Below, piece after piece: positions 32,842 through 44,615 of a stretch of DNA of 55,638 bases. This DNA is from an uncultured Nitrospinota bacterium (GTDB lineage Bacteria; Tectomicrobia; Entotheonellia; J063; CAVPRW01). Numbering within the stretch: position 1 is the stretch's first letter; every line of letters begins with the position of its first letter. The position numbers were made by a program, and so were the translations under genes. The DNA lies in assembly GCA_963707985.1 (NCBI GenBank), contig CAVPRW010000044.1, positions 1 through 55,638 on the forward strand, given 5' to 3'. The notes beneath the pieces are model-generated. The model was not told the DNA's origin. It ran no database searches and was given only the letters and a program-made list of their open reading frames with translations.

Positions 32842-33251
32842 AGCATCATGCCGGTAAGCATCGCTAAGTAGGGTCAGATGTGCCCAACCGATCAATGCAA
32901 TAGAATCATCTATTGGGATGAAATCCATAAATTTCAAGGGTGACTAGGGCAGTGTTCAGCACCACTGGAATAAATGACCATGAAATCTCTCATCGTATTT
33001 CCACAATCCAAGTCTCTCACACGCTCACTGGAGCAGAGACAGATGGACAATCGTAGACAACACGTACTGATCGATAGTTGCGTAGCAGAGACCACGTGGG
33101 GAGGCACTCTGCGGATGAGAAGACAGCTACACAGCGTGCCCATGTGCGATAATGCTGCGTTCATGGGCTTCGCCCGCCAACTATTTCTTTCAGTCCCATG
33201 TTCCGCTCTCCAGACGATTGCTGGTCGATTAGCACCGGGATGGTCCTCCGT

Positions 33252-33279
33252 TAAAGCTCTTCCTTGTTCTTTCCGATAA
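33252..33279 (+). promoter_or_regulatory. Putative sigma28 promoter
   Basis: TAAAG...TCCGATAA (TAAA-N16-TCCGATAA), upstream of the flgM-like ORF. Confidence 0.65.
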
Positions 33280-33397
33280 CACCGGCATCACTAATGATTC
33301 GCATTACCTGGCAAAAGCCTTAGCTCTTGTGCCGGAACTGCCCCCGAAGAGAGAGCGATGGGTCGCAGTACAAAGATTCGAAAAAAATGAGGAAATT

Positions 33398-33592
33398 ATG
33401 AGAAGTCATGGTGACACAGACCATCGGGCCCCAGTCGGTCCAAACGGAAATGCTCTATCACAAACCCTAAAGGGTAAAGATACAAGGATTGTTGCACTGA
33501 AAAACGACATCGAAAGCGGCCACTATAGCGTCGAGCCCGAACAGGTCGCTGAAAAGATCATGCAAAACCTACTCCTAGCTCTATTCCACTAG
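33398..33592 (+). CDS. flgM: FlgM-like anti-sigma28 factor, short
   Basis: RIVALKNDIESGHYSVEPEQVAEKIM fits the FlgM C-terminal motif; GAGGA RBS; sigma28 site upstream. Confidence 0.7.
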   Translation: MRSHGDTDHRAPVGPNGNALSQTLKGKDTRIVALKNDIESGHYSVEPEQVAEKIMQNLLLALFH

Positions 33593-34144
33593 TAAGCGAG
33601 GCGCTGACATGCCAAAGCTCATTCATCGGGTCTTCCTCGTTCCCAACCCCTTTTCCAAGATTCATAGAGATTGGAACTGCATGCCCAAATTGGTCAGGTA
33701 TCCAGCGGCTCTCACGCTAGCTGTAGTCATAAGATGCGGTATGGTGCATGGTGACAATACACTCGATGGTCACGTACCAGTAATTACCATGGCAATAAAC
33801 CTATTGCGATGCTCCGAGTTGACACTTAGCAGTGAAACGTTCCCAAAATATCCCCTTTAGGAGTTGTTCAAGGCAATTATTAAGCAGAGGCATAGGCGAT
33901 CCCGGAAAAATCGCGGAAATAAATTTTTCTACTGCATCTACTATCATTTACAATGATACTCCCAATAGAATCTTCTCGATTGACGACTAGTGTATATTCA
34001 AGTCAAAATATCCGTGAACTGATCGCTAATTTTATGCTTAACTCTCGTATACACTGTTTACATAAATCAACTATGATCCTTTCTATTATTCTAATAGACT
34101 GAGAATAACTTTACAGACTTTAGAATCATCAGAAGTATAATAGG

Positions 34145-35473
34145 CTGACTTTTCCGTTGCATTTTCTGCGGGCGCCTTCATGCAGCCTCCGCAGGGAGGT
34201 CCCATGAACGTGCAGGTCATTCCAGGCATTCTGAGTCGAGAAAGCGCGAATGATGCTTCAGGCTGAACCCCATGGCCTCCATCGTCACCCGCCCCTGGCA
34301 GAGGATGCGGGCGGCCTTTGCGCGCATCGCGTTGATGGTCGCTCAGGTGGGAGGAGTCAACCTGGTGATACATCCAGCCCTTGGCCAGTGCCGTGAGCAC
34401 CTCCCGGGCCGCCGCAGGCGTCGCGAAGCGTTGAGCTTGGAGGTGCAAGAGTTGCGGGTAGATCGCCTCAGCTTCGCGTGTACTGTCGTTGGTGCGTGTC
34501 ACCTCAGCACGCTCCAGAGCGGCCTGGGAAGACACCACCAGCCAACGCTGGGCCATCCCGTCGTGACACCGCTCACGAACCTGATCGCGGGCTTGCTCAT
34601 CGAGACGAACCCACCTATCCAGGGCAAGGGCTGGGGTGATCGCCTCTGAGACCGCACCAAGCGTGTTCGGAATGTGCGTGATATAGCCGAGGGGTCGGCG
34701 GTGGGGGGCGGTGTCTTAGAGGGAGAGTTTCGAGTCGGCGATCGGATACCGTGGTCTTGGGGCACTCTTCAAGGCGGCCAGTCACGCCTGGGGGCGCGCC
34801 TGGAACATCTCGATGTCCGAGGTATGGCCGTCCCCCCTCGTACTCACACAGGGACTCCCACCGTCTTGCGACACCACCAGTGCCAAGACCGCCTGTGTCA
34901 AGTCCGGTCGATGACCTCTGGAATACCCTTGGGGGATTGTCATGGCCTGCACATCGCTTGCAGGGATGTATGCACCACTGAGTGAACAGCTGGGGGTGTC
35001 AAGATGATTAAAGCGCAGGTCGATGCCTTCGCGGGCACACACGCCCAAGGCCAGGTCATGCAATAAGCGGTCGCAGCCGTCGGCGCCAGCCGCCTCGATC
35101 GTGCGGCCGCGCTTGAAGCGATTATACATCGCTGCCCGAATGCCGCCATGACACAACGGATCGAGGGGTTTGCTGGCAAAAAACTGTGGGGTCAGCGACA
35201 AAGGCCGATTTGCAAATCCGAGACCGTTGAGCACCATGCCGGCTGTGGCTTCGCCCGGTGGGAGCACTGCTTGGCGATCGGGCACGAGGCGGGCGTGCAT
35301 CATGTCCATGAAGCTCACATCTTTGATGACAGACACGAGCATGCCTCTGTGGTTGAGGCGTTCAACATCCGTTTGTGCCATTGGTGAATTCTCCCCTGCA
35401 GCACAGGGCCGTGGCCCAGTGGTCAGGGTCAGGATAAACGGTTTTCGCTTGTTACGCACCTGCTCAATGTCGG
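34145..35473 (-). mobile_element. IS1634-family (DUF4277-type) composite remnant with an internal deletion
   Basis: VERLNH.G..GEA.AGMVLNGLGF.NRPLSLTPQFF..HLDT..GYSRGHRPDL.Q; QRWLVV.SQ; TAGG on both flanks (34141-34144, 35474-35477). Confidence 0.75.
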
Positions 35474-35483
35474 TAGGAAAAAA

Positions 35484-35801
35484 ATGGAACGAGACATTCC
35501 AACGTATAGGATCGATCATTTGATAAAATTATATATAAAGTCGATTAAACAAAATCATGCTGAGAACGAGGATACTAACACATGTTTAAATACACTTGAT
35601 GATAGCCATATTTTACCATCGTATGGTAAAAAGAACCAATTAATGGAGCAGATAATTTCGCAGGCCATAGTTCGTTTTCGAACGTGTGAGTGGGGAAAAA
35701 AAGAGCAAAGAATTGCCGGAGACATCCTGAGCGATCTCTCTGCCGTGAATAGAAGAAGGACCGTGTATGGAACTCTTATCAAAGATTCTCGTGGTCGATG
35801 A
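35484..35801 (+). CDS. Small protein resembling the deltaproteobacterial FlgM-associated (DVU0524-like) family
   Basis: IPTYRIDHLIKLY.K...GKKNQLMEQII pattern recalled for that family, plus the flagellar-regulatory context; not verified by search. Confidence 0.4.
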   Translation: MERDIPTYRIDHLIKLYIKSIKQNHAENEDTNTCLNTLDDSHILPSYGKKNQLMEQIISQAIVRFRTCEWGKKEQRIAGDILSDLSAVNRRRTVYGTLIKDSRGR

Positions 35802-37248
35802 TGAGCCGCAGATTCAATTTCTTTTGGAAGAATTCCTCGCCAGTTTGGGACATACCATTCGACTAGCTGGAGATGGAGAGCAAGCTTTCCGAATACTCCA
35901 GACAGAAGCTTTCGATGGAGTTATAGCAGATCTAAAAATGGCGAACATGGGGGGAATGGAACTGCTGCATCTTATCAAATTGTCCTACCCGGCACTGCCC
36001 GTCATCATCATGACGGGGTACCCAAGTGTGGAAGTCGCTGTCGAAGCCATGAAGGAAGGTGCTGTTGATTTTATTACGAAACCGATCCGACTGGAGGCAC
36101 TACAGCTGGCAGTTACCCGGATAAGTAGGAAGCATTTCCCCTATCAGTCTATCGCCGTGGACTCTTGTCATTCAGCAATATCAAGTCCTTCTCCTCTATC
36201 CACGCTTCCTGCCAAGATCAAGGAACTTTCCATTTTATACGCCATTAGTGAAGCCTTTCAAGATATCACGGATACGGAAGTGATATTTCAGCGCTTAGCA
36301 CAATTAGCTCGTGAGATCGTGGGAGCAAATTCCTCCTCTTTTACAATTCTCGATGGCGAGTCCTATAGAACGTCGGTTAAAACGGTCAATGCAGGTGATG
36401 AGGAGCATCTTCTGGCAGTACGATCCGCCATCGATGACCGGACTCTGGATCGGTTAATCAGAGAGCACAAGCCCATACTATTCAATGATGCACAATCGGG
36501 CATCGTCATTCCTGTGTTCATCAAGAATGAGCTGTTAGGCCTCCTCAGTGTCTGGGAGAAACAAGAGCAGCGCCCATTCAGAGAGGAAGAGGTGCTACTG
36601 CTTCTGACACTCTGCCGAAAGGCAGCCCTGAGCCTTGAAAACCAATTTCTCTACGAGAGCCTCTATCAGAGCCTGCTTGAGACGCTGAAGGCGCTCGTGA
36701 CGACCTTGGAAGCCAGAGATCCATACACCCGAGCGCATTCTCAGCGTGTTAGTCACTATGCCACTGCCCTTGCAGCCAGGATGGGATGTAGCAAGGAAGA
36801 GCAGGATATTGTCACGGTAGCCGGCTTTCTTCATGATATTGGTAAAGTCGGCATTTGTGATGCCATCTTGCTCAAGACAGAACCCCTTACCCCTGCAGAG
36901 TATGAAACCATCAAGACACACCCTATAATCGGCGAGCAGATCGTGCAACACCTCGGATACTTCTCTAGGGAAAGGTCGATTATCCGCCACCATCACGAAT
37001 GGTGGGACGGGCGTGGTTACCCGGACGGGCTGATGCAGCACAACATCCCTTTCCTGGCAAGGGTCTTAACGGTGGCAGATGCTTTTGATGCTATCACCAG
37101 TAATCGCCCATATCGGGCTGGGCGCCCTTTCAGGGAGGCACTTGAGGAGTTGGATTGCTGGGCAGGGATCCAATTCGATACGGAGGCAGTCGAAGCTTTC
37201 CGACACGTTGTCGAAAGTGGTCTCCCGCACACCTGTGATCGGCAATAA
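35767..37248 (+). CDS. Response regulator REC-GAF-HD-GYP c-di-GMP phosphodiesterase
   Basis: ILVVDDE..DLKM..MTG..FITKP; GAF-like middle; RDPYTRAHSQRV..LHDIGK..HHHEWWDGRGYPDGL..ADAFDAITSNRPYR. Confidence 0.93.
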   Translation: MELLSKILVVDDEPQIQFLLEEFLASLGHTIRLAGDGEQAFRILQTEAFDGVIADLKMANMGGMELLHLIKLSYPALPVIIMTGYPSVEVAVEAMKEGAVDFITKPIRLEALQLAVTRISRKHFPYQSIAVDSCHSAISSPSPLSTLPAKIKELSILYAISEAFQDITDTEVIFQRLAQLAREIVGANSSSFTILDGESYRTSVKTVNAGDEEHLLAVRSAIDDRTLDRLIREHKPILFNDAQSGIVIPVFIKNELLGLLSVWEKQEQRPFREEEVLLLLTLCRKAALSLENQFLYESLYQSLLETLKALVTTLEARDPYTRAHSQRVSHYATALAARMGCSKEEQDIVTVAGFLHDIGKVGICDAILLKTEPLTPAEYETIKTHPIIGEQIVQHLGYFSRERSIIRHHHEWWDGRGYPDGLMQHNIPFLARVLTVADAFDAITSNRPYRAGRPFREALEELDCWAGIQFDTEAVEAFRHVVESGLPHTCDRQ

Positions 37249-37996
37249 TTCCATTGTCCCTCGCCGCACGCACGAGTTCGAGCCCGCTGTGCATCGGTTC
37301 TCGATAGTGCCCCCTCACCGGCATACGCATGAAGCTAAGCCTTGACCGCTGTCGCAACCGCACCGGATTCGAATGGTTGGCGTCGTCTATCTTCTCGGAG
37401 TATTTGTACACTTGTCCGTCTCTTGCGCGCGGCCTTGGCCGCCAGACGTTCAGCGGTAGCACACGCACGTGGCAAAACGTGGTACTGTTCGCAAGCAGAC
37501 CGAAAGATGGCCTGGAGTCAGCTTGCGGCTCCCGCGTGGAAATGCCGTCCGAAATTCAGGAGGCTCAGTTCGCGTTGGTGCTGCCACCATAGGGTCGCCC
37601 GTGGCTGCGGGCACGGCGCATCATTGAACAGCATGAGGAGCCTCCGCCCATAGAGCTAGCATCATGTGGAGTCTTCTTTGGGTGTCGTGAGAGCGGCTCA
37701 ATGGAGAGAGATCTTCCAGGACTTAAAGGAAGCTCCATCTACCAGACATCATGCCGCCATAGCTCCATACGTTGACCAGGTGAACCTCACCTCCCAGCAA
37801 CGACGACGTAACGTGTGCCCTGTGGCGATGTCCACGCGATGTGCCATGCTCGTCGCAGCATCCGACGTCAAGAGCGGGCGTGCTGTCATACCCAGGATGC
37901 ATGGCGTCAGGGTGCCATCTTCCCGTGATGATGAGGTCATGTCAATACCGGGAGACCATTTCCCAGCTGACGGACGGATTGCAGAGGTGGGTTGGG

Positions 37997-38435
37997 CTAT
38001 GCCACCTCCTGTGCATCGCGGTGGAGTATCCGATTGATCGTTCTCAGTGAGGGCACAGGCTTGAGCCCTTGCTGTTCAAGTGCCTGCTTGATGGAAGTCG
38101 CACCACAGGTGTGGCTATTTTGAGCCAGTGTATGACACAGGGATACAACGACCGGCTCAAGGCCGGTGGGCGTGTTGGTCGGGGTGGTTTTGGGTCTTCT
38201 GCTCAGCCCTTGGCGCCAGCAGGGATCATTACCACGTCGCGATCCCACCACTGGTAGAGCCAGCTTTTCAAGCAGGCCAACTCCCGGCAGATGTCCTCGA
38301 TGGGGTTGCCAGCAAAATAGCTGTCGATGGCTTGTTGTCGGCTTAGTTCTTGCTCTTTCGGTATGGTGGACTCCTTGGGGGTCTGCTGTCAAACTTGCCT
38401 GGCTGCAATTGGTTCTTGATGTTCTGGCACAGTCC
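37997..38435 (-). pseudogene. HTH fragment of an IS481-like transposase
   Basis: SRRPKTTP..TP...GATSI...L.PVPSLRTINRILHR. Confidence 0.5.
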
Positions 38436-38639
38436 TATTGCTCGGTGATGTCCCTCAGGCCGCCTCTGTGGTGGGAACCATACACGGCCCCATCCCCATC
38501 AGCCGCGTGGCGTCTGCATGTCGCGTCGCCTGGGCGTGGTCAAGGCCTGCGGATCATGTGGTTCGGGCCACTGGCGTTTGTCGGCACGAAGCTAGCCGAG
38601 ACGCGCCTGTGCGTCAGCGTCTGCCCGTATGGCCCAGCG

Positions 38640-39415
38640 GCCTGACGCCACCGCCATGTTGCGAAGGTGCACGCAGCCTCAGCATTGCCTCGTGTGTCAC
38701 GTGGCTATGGGCCTGGTGAACTCTCTGGGGACGTCGGTCAACCAGTACTCGTGTGGCTCAGCACACTCCCATCGACCATGGGCCGTGGACGGGGGCCGTG
38801 CCGACCACGTTGACTGAGCCACGGCGCCACCAGCCCCACGTGAAGCTGGTCGGTGCGTTTGGGGGGATAACAGCCTTCACCATTGAGGCGTACGGCCATC
38901 TAGGCAACACTGACGCCGTCGCGACGGAGGGTGTCGATCCGGGCCAGGAGCTGCAGAGACGTCGACAGCTGTGTAGACCGGTCAACCGAGCGGATCACGC
39001 GATGTTGGCTGGTCATGTCACCCGTCCAATGCCGCGTCACGTTCACCTGTTCGCTGTTATCTTGTACATCAACACTGATGCGATCCAACAACACGCACAC
39101 GATCTCTTGCCGCTCTTGCGACGTCATCTCCGGCGCATGCCACCGTCCGGGGACATCTGCAGCTCAGCGCAGGATCGCCTCGGGCTCCTGGGCGGTCAAC
39201 TCCGAGGGACGCTCACGCCGGCACCGCGCCTGCCCTTCTGGCTCGTGTGGCTCATGACGCAGGGCCTCCCAGTTCTGCTCCCGTTCGCGCGCCACCAGAC
39301 GGTGTTCCGGTGCAACGGCGCTCAACTGTCGGGCCGCCCGCTCGAAGCGCTGCTGCCCATGCGCTTCGAGCTATGCGCGCTCGGCTCGTCGGGCGTGTTC
39401 GGCGGCGAGACTCAA
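38640..39415 (-). pseudogene. C-terminal remnant of a large serine recombinase
   Basis: QQRFERA..AVAPEHRLVAR..WE; RQEIV..LLDRI.V..HWTG; RLNGEG..PPKR; broken frames. Confidence 0.6.
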
Positions 39416-39519
39416 CTCTATAGCGGTTTCCAGTTGGATGTAGTGCAGGCATCCACAATGGGCCACCCAGCTTCTTGCGTCTTCAGACCTCATCATGCCT
39501 AACGCCTCTGGCATGGCTT

Positions 39520-39960
39520 GATCCAAGAGATCACGCGTACGGGCAGCGGTCGCGCATAGAATTGATGCGAATTTCGACCAACATGCTCCTCTCGGGGCTA
39601 CGTCAGGAGCATATGGGGGTCAATCGTCGAGACGTGCCCCGACCGCTTCAATGGCCTCCTGGACCCCAGCCACTTGATGGGCAAAAAGATGATCCATACA
39701 CACAACCTGCCCAGGACGCAAGGTAGGGACCAAGATCGTTGTCACAGAGGTCAAGAATACCTGGGCAGCTGTACTGCCTTCTACCGTCATCGCCGCCACC
39801 ATCCCCGCGAGCGATCGTGCACCCAAGACGGCCATGTTTTGCCCTTGCCTGGCGGGTGTTGATGTCTGCACGCGTTCACCTAGTGGGGATTGTGCCTCAT
39901 GCCGGGCCATCGCGACATTCACGCCTGTTTCATCCACAAAAATGCCATATTCGGCATCAA
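39520..39960 (-). pseudogene. IS630-family transposase catalytic fragment
   Basis: MDETG..LVPTLRPGQVVCMD.L.AH..AVGARL..PPY.PD. Confidence 0.75.
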
Positions 39961-39992
39961 GCTCACGTATCTTTTGTTGATGGAGGTGACGC

Positions 39993-41113
39993 TAGTGCCT
40001 CAACCGAGCTGAATTGATGGGTAGAGTCGCTTGAGCTTGATGCGGGCATCGGGCGTAGTGAAGCGCCAATTGACCCGGCATTGGGCGGCATTCCGTTGGC
40101 GCTCCCAGGCGGCAACCTCTGGAGTCAGGGTGGCCGAGTGGGGAATCCGCCGGTTCACACATTGTGTGGCCAGGACGCTGAGTTCGGTCTCAGCCATGTG
40201 CAACCAACTGCCATGCTTGGGCGTGTCATGGATGTCCCGACGTTGCAGCAACCGCCGGGCCTCAGCCGGGGCAAACGCTTCATCCAGGGACGCCCGCTGG
40301 TGCGTGTTGAGGTGATCCCTGACCCACACAATCTTGTCGGCCTGCGGATACTGCACAGCGACCACTTCCTGGAGCAGCGGGGCGAAGTCCACGGCTGTCC
40401 GCCGCTCGGAAGACCAGGAACCGATTGGCCGTGCCTGGTCGCTCATCCTCGTGATCGACGGGCGCTGGCTGCCCTGAGGACGCCGGGAGCGGGGCGCGGG
40501 TTTCCCGCCACCAGGTGTTGGCTCGTCTCCTCGATGCACACCTGCGGCCGTTGGGGATCGTAGGGGCGCGTGTACACCTCCAGGACGTCTTCCATAGCAC
40601 AGACGAACTCAGCGTTGGCGCGCGGGGGGATCACCCATGGCTTGTGCTGCCACGGTTTGCGCTCGTTTTTTTGAGCGTGGTACGGACACACTCCGGACTG
40701 ATGCGGTCGACGCTGTCCAGAGCTACCCGCTTGTCCGTCAACAACTTGCGAGTCCAGCGCCTCCGGCCTTCCGGGGGGGCACTACCAGTCACCGCCATCC
40801 ATTGGGCTTCCTGGGTGCCGTCCAGTTGACGCGACTGCCGACCGGTGGGAGGCTTCCACGACACCGCCGTCTCCAGGCCCCATGCCACGAAGGCCTGGCG
40901 TACCCGCTGGACGGTGGACGCGCTCGTGTCCAAGGCCTCGGCAATCGCTGCATCGCTCCAGCGGCGCCCGTCTTCACTGCCGTCGGCTTTGCGCAAGATC
41001 CGCGCATGGAGCCGCTGCGCTGCCGTGGCCCGCCCGGTGTTCACCAGGGCGAACAACTGTTCGCGTTCCTCGGTGTTGAGTCGGGGTCTCAGGTAGATCG
41101 CGGCGGACGCCAA
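39993..41113 (-). mobile_element. IS630-family element related to the one at 22011; pseudogenised, left end lost
   Basis: End TAGTGCCTCAACCGAGCT; MEDVLEVYTRPYDP; D.LNTH; TPKHGSWL.MAETEL; ARIKLKRLYP. Confidence 0.88.
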
Positions 41114-41119
41114 GCCTAG

Positions 41120-42622
41120 TACTACAGTGGTAACAATATCTTGAAGATGCTATCTTGGTTCCGGACGCATCGATGGAGGCCGGAACCATGCGACAGATCG
41201 ATGACACCCATGAGCGATTCCTATCGACCCCGACGGATGCGACGGCCAGCACCATCGCCGGCGGGCGAGCCTACCTGGCAGATGTGGCGCGACGGCTGGC
41301 GCCCTATGTCGCGCGCTCGCAGTCCCGCGACCGGGTCCTGGCCTCTCTGCGCGGCTTGCTCAGTGAGGCCGAGCGCAAGAACAGCTGGCCAGTGGCAGCA
41401 GTCTGCGGCGAGCCGACGCCCGATGGCTTCCAGTACTTGCTGAGCTGCGCCGATGGGGACGCCGACGCCGTCCGCGACGAGCGGCGCACGTATCGCATGC
41501 AACATCTGGGGGATCCCAACGGCGTGCTGGTCCTCGACGACACCGGGTTTCTCAAAAAAGGCCAGCACTCGGCTGGCGTGGCCCGCCAGTACAGCGGAAC
41601 GGCGGGCAAGGTGGACAACTGCCACATCGGCGTCTTTCTGAGCTATGCAGCCCGCTGGGCCAGGTTCTGCTGGATCGGGAACTCTATCTGCCTCAGGAAT
41701 GGACGGACGATCGGGAGCGCTGTCGGCAGGCCGGCATTCCGGAGGACCGGGGCTTTGCGACCAAACCGCAGTTGGCCCAGCAGATGCTGGCCCGCGCCTT
41801 GGCGGCTGGCGTGCCGGCATCATGGGTCACCGGGGACCGCGTGTACGGGGAATCATCGCCCGCTGCGGCGGTGGCTGGAGGCCCAACCACGGGCCGCTGT
41901 CCTGGCGGTCTCGGGCCAGGCATAGGTGGGGCTCGGCGCGCAGCCGCGCCAGGTGAAAGCCCTCCTGGCCCGCGGGCCCGCGGCGGGGTGGACCCGGTGC
42001 AGTGCGGGCGACGGGGCCACAGGCCCGCGGGGGGATGCCTGGCGCTGGCTGCCCCTGGCCGAGCCGCTGGAACCCGGCTGGCACCGCTGGCGGCTGGTCC
42101 GGCGGCGTCTCAGGGCCCCCCTGGAGTTGACCGCCTCTGGGGTGTGTGCCCCACCCGCGACGCCCCTGCAGGAGGTGGTGCGGGTGGCGGGGAGCCGCTG
42201 GACCGTCGAGAGCGGCTTCGAGGCGGCCACGGGCGACGTGGGTCTGGATCAGTAGGAAGGGCGGAGCGGGACGGCCTGGGACTCGGCCGATCACCCTCGC
42301 GATGTGGGCGTTGGCCCTGCTGATCGTCAGGCGCGCAGGGACGATCGCCGTCGAGGCGTGAACCAAAAGTCTGCCACTGCCCCAGGGGGCGAGCCCCCTG
42401 GCGGCGTGCAAGGCCCGGCGTGGCCTCGCCTCCCGTTGAGCGTGCCCGAGCGGCGGCGGCTGTTGTGGCGGTTCGTGCTGGTCGTGCCGCACACGGTCCG
42501 CCACATCCTGGCCTGGTCGCCGTGGCGTCGGCGGCACCAGCGTGTCGCCCAATATGACCATGATAAGCGTCGAGAGGAACTCATAGGGGCCGTGGCGGCA
42601 TCATCACCTTGTTACCACTGTA
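41120..42622 (+). mobile_element. IS701-family element, pseudogenised
   Basis: Follows CTAG; IRs TACAGTGGTAACAA (41123) / TTGTTACCACTGTA (42609); [38 protein letters not shown]. Confidence 0.9.
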
Positions 42623-43761
42623 TCATCTGCTGGCGGGTGACTTGACGGGGTTCCTGGTGCATGCCGCGCCTGTCAAGAACGTCCCAGGGCGGAAGACGGA
42701 CCGGGCCGATGCGCGGTGGCTGGCGAAACTGCTGCGCCCTGGCGTGCGGCAGGCGAGGTTTAGCCCTGCCGCGGCGCCGCGGGAGCTGCGGGATCTGCCA
42801 CGGTATCGCACGAAGGTGGTGCAGGAACGGACCCGGGAAGTCAACCGCGTGCAGGGGGTCCTGGAGCGCGCGCACATCACGTGGGCGTCGGTGGCGTCGG
42901 ATATGATGGGCGTGTCGGGGCGGGCCATCCTGGCGGCCTTGATCGACGGGCGGACCGATCCAGCGACGATGGCGGAGTTGGCCAAAGGGCGCCTGTGGGC
43001 CAAGATGCCTGTGCGGGAGCAGGCGTGGACCGGGTTGGTCCGGGACCATCACCGGCGGCTGTTGGCGATGCCATGGGCCCCTATTGACTTCCTGGAGGAA
43101 CCGCTCGACACGCTGAGTGCCGAGCTCATCGGCCTGCTCACCGACCTGAGTCCCCCCCCTCCCGCGCCGCCACCCGCCGCCACGGCCGGGGGTGCCAGCG
43201 AGCCGGGGCGCGGATCGGAGCCAGCACCCGCGGACACCCCCCTGACCTGTGCGCGGGCGGTCACGGTGCTGGACACCATGCCCGGCGTCGATCAGCGGGG
43301 TGGGGAACTGTTGGTCGCCGCGTGGGGGATCGACATGGCCCGCTTTGGCACCGCGGCGCGGCTGTCGGCCGGGAGCGGGGTGGCGCCGGGGCATGACGAA
43401 CGCGCGGGCCAGCAGCGCTCGGGGAAAACCCGCAAGGGCAACCGCGCGCTGCGTACCGGCTTGACGCCACTGGCCCATGCGGCGGCCCGCACCAAGGACA
43501 CCGATCTGTCGGCCTGGTCTCACCGCCTGGCCGCGCGCCGGGGGAAGCAACGCGCCCTCATGGCGGTGGCCCAGGCGATCGTCGTCAGTGCCTTCTCTAT
43601 GCTCTCGCGCAACGAACCGTATCGGGAGCTCGGAGCCCACGACTTCGACGCACATCAACGGGAGCCTGTGGCCGATCGCCTCACACGCCGGCTGCAGCAC
43701 CTAGGCTACCGCGTGAGCCTCGAACCGCTACCGGCTGCGTCATCCTGTATTGTCAACAGAG
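42623..43761 (+). mobile_element. IS110-family element copy 2, 5'-truncated
   Basis: Near-identical to 29470-29998 plus 30452-31065. Confidence 0.9.
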
Positions 43762-44575
43762 TACTAAGACTCGGTGGATTGGCGGAATAGTCGACCACGG
43801 TGAGTGTAGCTGGGGGAACTCTTGTGGCAAACCATTTTGCGACGCCACCCGGAAATGGGCCATCGTTCCGAGTGAGCGCGGTCAGAAGGTGGCCGACCAT
43901 TGCACGCGCTGGGTCCAGCAAGTCGATGTAGGCGCTCGCGGTGGCGTTGGCGTCCTGCAAGAAGCGAACGGCGTCTGATGGCACTACAGGGAACTCGAAC
44001 CTCCCGCATTGAATGAGATCTACTATGCTGGCGTTCTCCCGTAGGTTGGTGAAAGTATCGTGAAACACCCCGTACCCAGCCTGCGTCGGAGGACGTAGCG
44101 CCCACTCGAGAACCGTCAGGTCAATCAGCGTGCAGTTGCGGGTTACTTGAAGTGTGTCAAAGACTGTGATGGCGCCACTTCCGGATAAGTTGCCCCAGAC
44201 GGCGAAGAGAGCCGCGACTTGCGGGGAGGAAGAGACGTCTATCAGCTCTGTTGGGAAACCATAGTGCTGAAGGAAACCCGCTAAGGCCTGTGGGGCCAAG
44301 TGAAGCATCCTTTGGAGGTGCTGGTCAACAGTGGAAGCAATCGCCGCGATTTCACCCTTCTCGAAGTCAGATAGGCGTTCGCTCCGAAGGCGCTCCAGTG
44401 ACGACACCATCGAGTCCCAGGTTGCGTTGGCCTTGCCACGAAAAAGCAACCGAGGCGCGGAGAGCTCCGTCTCGCGTGAGCCCGAGTCGATGTCATAGCC
44501 CTCCACCGCTACTCTCTCTGCTGAGCGGAATCGCGACTGGATATCTCGCAGAGTCTCATCAAGTTTGCTCTTCAT
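43762..44575 (-). CDS. FRG-domain protein, 3' end cut by IS110
   Basis: LLFRG...SSLER...LQHYGFPTELIDVSSSP.VAALFA; GGAG RBS. Confidence 0.8.
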
Positions 44576-44615
44576 CTTGGGTTCTCCAAAAGTCAAGGGG
44601 TCTTGGTTTACGGTA

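Noticed and set aside
37250..37660. Possible ncRNA or attC downstream of the HD-GYP gene
   Set aside because: No convincing AAC/GTT-bounded palindrome or known RNA motif could be established by eye.
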